Virus record (IMG/VR): IMGVR_UViG_3300029305_002366
Span: 32,001-96,000 of that record
Direction: 5' to 3' (one strand)
DNA length: 64,000 nucleotides
From: a virus
Lineage: Duplodnaviria > Caudoviricetes
Part shown: in pieces, positions 58,972 through 64,000 of the stretch
Numbering within the stretch: the first letter of the stretch is position 1
Layout: the number at the start of each line of letters is the position of its first letter
Position numbers and translations under genes: made by a program
Notes under the pieces: model-generated
Told to the model about the DNA's origin: nothing
Databases searched by the model: none
The model's input: the letters and a program-made list of their open reading frames with translations, nothing else

Positions 58972-59501
58972 TGAGCAAAACAGTAATCAGAAACGGAATG
59001 TTTGAGACAAATAGTTCAAGTGTACATTCGATATGCATTTCAAAGAAGCCAGTTGGTGATGTTAAGGGAAAGAAAATCTCTTTTTATCTTGGAGAATATG
59101 GATGGGAAAATGAGACTGTTGATACACCAGATTATCTTTATACTGCTATTATGTGCCAGAGCCTTTCCGATTATCTTCTCGATAAGCTGAAATCAATTCT
59201 TGACAAGTATGAAATTGATTATACATTTCAGCCAGAGGAAAAGGCTTCTCGTTGGTGGGGAATTGACCACTCAGAAGATACAATTGATTTCATAAATGCT
59301 GTACTTGAAGATGAGGATTTACTTCTTAGGTGTTTGTTTAATGATGATTCTGTTGTATATACAGGAAATGATAACTGTGGTAGCAAGAATTATCTTGATA
59401 CTTGTTTTATAGGTGAAGAATATTACTGGGGTGATGGTGGTGAAAAACCTAATCCATATCACGATTCAGAAAACTTTGATTATTTTGTAAAGGGAAACTA
59501 A
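58971..59501 (+). CDS. FETNSSSVHS-motif protein 1
   Basis: VIRNGMFETNSSSVHS N-terminus. Confidence 0.65.
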   Translation: MSKTVIRNGMFETNSSSVHSICISKKPVGDVKGKKISFYLGEYGWENETVDTPDYLYTAIMCQSLSDYLLDKLKSILDKYEIDYTFQPEEKASRWWGIDHSEDTIDFINAVLEDEDLLLRCLFNDDSVVYTGNDNCGSKNYLDTCFIGEEYYWGDGGEKPNPYHDSENFDYFVKGN

Positions 59502-59513
59502 GGAGAGATAAGC

Positions 59514-59825
59514 ATGAAAGAAGTAATTCGCAGAGGTATTTTTGAAACAAACAGCAGTTCAGTTCATTCGCTTACAATGTGTTCTGATGATGAGTATACG
59601 AAGTGGAGAAATGGTGAAGCATATTATGATAGATATGCAAAGCAAATTGTTGAATCAACTGAGGAAATTGAAAAGGAAAGAGAAAATGATGGAAGATATT
59701 CACAGTATTTAACATATGATGAATTTCATGATTGGGACTATATTGAATACGAAACATTTTCAGAGAGATATACTACACCTAATGGTGAAACAGTTGTTGC
59801 GTTTGGTTACTATGGACACGATTAA
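59514..59825 (+). CDS. FETNSSSVHS-motif protein 2
   Basis: VIRRGIFETNSSSVHS N-terminus. Confidence 0.65.
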   Translation: MKEVIRRGIFETNSSSVHSLTMCSDDEYTKWRNGEAYYDRYAKQIVESTEEIEKERENDGRYSQYLTYDEFHDWDYIEYETFSERYTTPNGETVVAFGYYGHD

Positions 59826-59898
59826 TAATTAATATAGGAGCGTATGCTCCTAATACATACTCCGTTTTAGGAGAAGAAATAATTTAGGAGGAAATACT

Positions 59899-60807
59899 AT
59901 GAAACTTTTAGCAAGATACAAGAATGGAAATGTAAGTGTGATACGTTGGGATGATGGTACAACTGTTAGACGTACTGAGGATGATGAGTTCAGACCTGTC
60001 TTTGCAGAAAACGTAGATTGTAAGATTACGGATAGATGTGATGGCGGTTGTCAGTTCTGTTATGAGGGTTGCACTACGTTAGGTAAGCATGGAGATATAA
60101 TGAATGATAAGTTTATTGATTCACTTCATCCGTATACAGAAATGGCTCTCAACGGCAATGACCTTTCACATCCATACCTTATAGCTTTTCTTTCAAAGTT
60201 AAAGGAGAAGAAAGTTATTGCAAATCTGACAGTAAACCAGATTCATTTTGAAAGATTCTACTATTTTATCAAGGAACTTCTTGATAAGAAGTTAATATGG
60301 GGACTTGGTATTTCTTTAAGAGAACCTACGGATGCTTTTATCAATCTTGTAAAGACCATTCCTAATGCGGTTATCCATACTATCAATGGAATCCTTACGG
60401 AGAATGACCTTGATAGACTTGCCAATCACGATTTAAAGATTCTGATACTTGGATATAAAACAACAGGCAGAGGTCTTGAATATCGTTCAAACAATCTTAA
60501 AGAACTCGGAAAGAACACAACTTATCTTGGATTTATGCTCCCTACAATTGTAAAAGAAGGATGGTTTAAGAATCTTTCATTTGACAATCTCGCAATTAAA
60601 CAGCTTGATGTTAAGCGATTAATGAGTGAAGAAGAATGGGAAAGATTCTACATGGGTGACGATGGTACGTTTACCTTTTATATTGACCTTGTTAATCAGA
60701 CATTCTCAAAGAACAGTGTTATTGCAAAGGTAAAGAGCATACCGATTAACGGAATGACCATTGATGAAATGTTTGAGATTGTAAAGACTACAAATTGGGA
60801 GGATTGA
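59899..60807 (+). CDS. Radical SAM enzyme
   Basis: CDGGCQFCYE (CxxxCxxC). Confidence 0.85.
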   Translation: MKLLARYKNGNVSVIRWDDGTTVRRTEDDEFRPVFAENVDCKITDRCDGGCQFCYEGCTTLGKHGDIMNDKFIDSLHPYTEMALNGNDLSHPYLIAFLSKLKEKKVIANLTVNQIHFERFYYFIKELLDKKLIWGLGISLREPTDAFINLVKTIPNAVIHTINGILTENDLDRLANHDLKILILGYKTTGRGLEYRSNNLKELGKNTTYLGFMLPTIVKEGWFKNLSFDNLAIKQLDVKRLMSEEEWERFYMGDDGTFTFYIDLVNQTFSKNSVIAKVKSIPINGMTIDEMFEIVKTTNWED

Positions 60808-61196
60808 GATGGTTAAAATCTTATTGGGGCTTCTTACGCTTGGCGGTTGTTTTATCATACTACTTATTATCATGGCTATATTTTATCTAATGGTATTATT
60901 GGCAATCGAGATTAAAGGTGTAATCGAAGAACTGATGGATAAGGAATAATGAACCAAGATAAATATGAGGATTAGTAAGGAGGTTGTGTTATGAGCAACA
61001 CAAAAAAGATTAAGAGAAAATATTACAGAAAATGTGGGCTATGTGGTGAACGCCACGAACAGTCAGAGATGATACGCACAGAGTGTTCTCCTAATGGGTG
61101 GATTTGTAAGGAGTGCAGGTGGAAAGAACACCCAGAATATGAAGTGGAGTTCGATGACTAAGAAATAGAAGTCTTGTTTAATTATGAGGTGATGAT

Positions 61197-62768
61197 ATGC
61201 CAAACGATGTTTGGTTTTATTGCAAAGTGGATTTGACAGTATTAAGACATAAAAGCACAAGTTATTCGCTTGGGAATGATGGGTATTGGTATCCTTGTAT
61301 TTCTAAAAGTTGTGAAGGGTATATAGCTATCTTTAAAGACGGTTACAGCGAAAAGGTTACAGTTTTCAAAAATTCTTATGAACATCCTTGTTCTGTAAGA
61401 CTAAAGTTTGACATAGAAACAAGAACACTTTATATAGATACTTCAAGTATGTTTGGTTGTGGTAGAGTTTCTTTCAAGATTATAGAATATAAATCCGATA
61501 TGATTAAATGTTATGTTCCAAGAGCAACACAATTATTGAAAGAATATAAAGAGTTCAAAATAAAATTAAGAAAAATAAAAGAATGATTTTTAAGGAGAGT
61601 AAAATGAGCAGTTTTTGTTTAAGACAAGAAGAACCACATATCGGTGATACCGCAACGCATACTTTATATGGAACTGTTTACTTAGTAGGTAAACTTAAAG
61701 TTGAAGATAGCCATGAAACCTTCTGGCTTGTTGAACTTCTTTATGAAAATAATGAATTAAAAATCGTGCGAGAAAACGACCTTGAAGATATAGGTTACTA
61801 TGGGGATTGAGATGAAAGGAGTATTTTTATGGATGAGAGACTTAAAGCAATATTGGAGCAAGCAAATGAAAATTATACCAATGGTGCGAAGGTAGCTTTA
61901 AAAATCGTATCTGAACAGTCACCCACCGCTACCGAAAAGCTTTTAGGTACGCTTGTACAGATAGAAGTAACTAACGGTTGCATATTAGCAGAGATATTAT
62001 CATTACTGAATACACCAAAGGACGGTGATACTAATGGCTGAGTATGAGTATTATATACAGGACAAAACGGCAGAACTTAATAAGCGTGTTAACGATGCGT
62101 TTACAGAACTTGATACTCAGAGAAACAGAATGAGTGGACTTACAAAAGAGTGTAATGAACTTAAACAGGAACTTTTACATTTACAGGAAGAACAGAAGTC
62201 AAACCTTTTTCAGACACGTATTCTTACAGGAGTATTGGTTGGATTTGCAATTATGAGATTAGTATTATTATTCATATAATAGAATTTCACTTTTATGAGG
62301 AGGTTTAAAATGAAAAAATATCCATTACCACCAGAAGATAGGATTGCTTCGCTTTATTCAAAATTTCAAAACGAGAAGCCAGTCATAAATCCAACTTCAA
62401 GATTTTATACAGATTGTGCAGAGTGTGCCGCAGAACACCGTCAACTGGTAAAGACCACAATAGATATGTTTTACGAGATGGCTTTAATGGCGTTTTACGA
62501 TGGTCATATAGCAATATATGTCGATAATAAAGAAGCGGCTGATGTTCTTTATAGATTTTGTTGGGACTATCCAATAGAGATGGATTACCCTAACGGAGAA
62601 GGTCACGGAATACAAATAGATTACACTTATAAGGTCGCATTTGTCGAATATGTTAATAGGCACACAGGTCAGAAGGGAACAAGACGTATACTCCTACGAT
62701 ATAAAGGCAAAAATGATGCGTGTCAGGTTGATATTCTTAATGCAGGAAATGTGTTTAGGGAGGATTGA
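61197..62768 (+). other. Small hypothetical genes (61197, 61583, 61829, 62025 with C-terminal TM, 62295)
   Basis: Co-oriented packed ORFs with RBSs. Confidence 0.55.
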
Positions 62769-63211
62769 AAATGACACTTGATGAAGCAATAGAAGAACGT
62801 TTGAAAGTTATCAAAGTACAAGAAAAACTATATGAAGAATCTTATTCCGATGAATCAAAGGAAATAATAAAAAGTGCTATAGATAATGACCGTCAGCTTG
62901 CAGAGTGGCTTATGGAAGCTAAAGACCTAAGAGAAGAAAACATATATCTGATAAGCGAGTTCGACAGACTGATAAAGGAAAATGGAGAGCAGATAGCAGA
63001 GTACAAGCGACTTCTGAAAGCGGCGGTTGAGGATATTCATGATGTGCTAAGTAGTCAAATAAAAATCACAAACTATACACTCTGCGAGAAATGTAAACAT
63101 TATCTGAACTGTAATTGTAAAGACAAATGCATGGCGAGATATAATTTAAAACAATGGCGTTTTGCTGATGAAGCCTTAAAGCTGATAGGAGATGAATCAA
63201 GTGGGGTATAA
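62765..63211 (+). CDS. Coiled-coil/Cys paralogue
   Basis: KRLLKAAVED..CEKC..WRFADEALKLIG. Confidence 0.6.
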   Translation: MKMTLDEAIEERLKVIKVQEKLYEESYSDESKEIIKSAIDNDRQLAEWLMEAKDLREENIYLISEFDRLIKENGEQIAEYKRLLKAAVEDIHDVLSSQIKITNYTLCEKCKHYLNCNCKDKCMARYNLKQWRFADEALKLIGDESSGV

Positions 63212-63545
63212 ATCATATAGTGATAGCTACCTTATGTCACTAACAAAGGCTCAGATTATAGAACTTCTAAGAGTTGCAGAGCATAACTTCTTCACAACAG
63301 AAGAAGCCTTAAACAATTCAGTAAAGACAGGAACGGAGATAGCGGAGAAGTTTGATAAGGCGAAGGAACTGCTGAAAGCGGCAGTTGAGGATTTTAATAA
63401 ATCTCTCGGTGCTATGTATACTTGTCCTTATTGTAAATACGTAAAGAGAAAACGTGAAGTATGTGCATCAAGAAAAGAACAATATTGTGGAGACATATGC
63501 GAATGGAGATACGCAGACGAAGCGTTAAAGATTGTAGGAGAATGA
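63192..63545 (+). CDS. Coiled-coil/Cys paralogue
   Basis: KELLKAAVED..CPYC..WRYADEALKIVGE. Confidence 0.6.
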   Translation: MNQVGYKSYSDSYLMSLTKAQIIELLRVAEHNFFTTEEALNNSVKTGTEIAEKFDKAKELLKAAVEDFNKSLGAMYTCPYCKYVKRKREVCASRKEQYCGDICEWRYADEALKIVGE

Positions 63546-63546
63546 T

Positions 63547-63939
63547 ATGGAACATATAGTTAAACTTAATATAGATGAATGGCAGTTATTTGAAATGCTA
63601 TGCAAAGAACTTCACATGGGTTTTGTTCTTGATACTGAAAGAAAATTTTATATTAACAATGGTCAGGTATGTAGCATGGAGAATGGTGCTGAAAAGGTAT
63701 ACGATGATAGGGCGAATTTGTTTGTCGCTTTAAGAAATACGTTGGTGCAAATGAGTCCTAATTCAGAGTGCAGAAGTGAAAAACATATTTTTAATTACGA
63801 ATACTGTGGTGACATAAAGATTGCAATGCCAAAGATAGGCTGTGGCTTAGACAGACTTAAATGGAATGATGTAGAACAGATTATTAAAGAAGTATTCGCT
63901 GATACAGATATTGAAATTCTTGTGTGTGATTGGAAGTGA
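63547..63939 (+). CDS. Chimeric protein ending in a macrodomain C-terminal fragment
   Basis: IAMPKIGCGLDRLKW..V..II..F. Confidence 0.55.
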   Translation: MEHIVKLNIDEWQLFEMLCKELHMGFVLDTERKFYINNGQVCSMENGAEKVYDDRANLFVALRNTLVQMSPNSECRSEKHIFNYEYCGDIKIAMPKIGCGLDRLKWNDVEQIIKEVFADTDIEILVCDWK

Positions 63940-64000
63940 TTATATGAGAGAAATATTATTCCGAGCAAAACTTAAAGATGATTATTTTAACAAAGGGTGG

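Noticed and set aside
62765-63545. Diversity-generating retroelement TR/VR pair
   Set aside because: Similarity is at paralogue level, not adenine-specific, and there is no reverse transcriptase in the window.

Overview
AT-rich 64 kb segment of a large, probably temperate, SPbeta-like siphovirus or prophage of a Firmicute. Ruminococcus-type dockerins point to a cellulosome-producing Ruminococcus host (inference). Minus arm (1-33 kb): tape-measure start, tail, head, portal and terminase genes; an SPbeta-like block of HU, phosphoesterase, YonK, MBL RNase and ClpP; two tRNAs; a YonO-type RNA polymerase; GIY-YIG and HNH-AP2 nucleases; a Rep-like gene with iteron-like repeats. A ~2 kb non-coding strand switch follows. 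Plus arm (35-64 kb): a type I TA candidate; many small early genes behind repeated sigma-A promoter/operator cassettes; two dockerin proteins; a DNA methyltransferase; a control locus (tyrosine recombinase, TnpB, LexA-box MazF, MrpR-like repressor); a tRNA/ncRNA cluster; a radical SAM enzyme preceded by two FETNSSSVHS proteins. Top observation: a TnpB/omegaRNA element with no transposase in the window sits in the recombinase 3' end and supplies a recoded replacement C-terminus. The displaced original tail lies where the guide should be, which looks like an RNA-guided homing system. All calls come from motif reading; no database searches were run.
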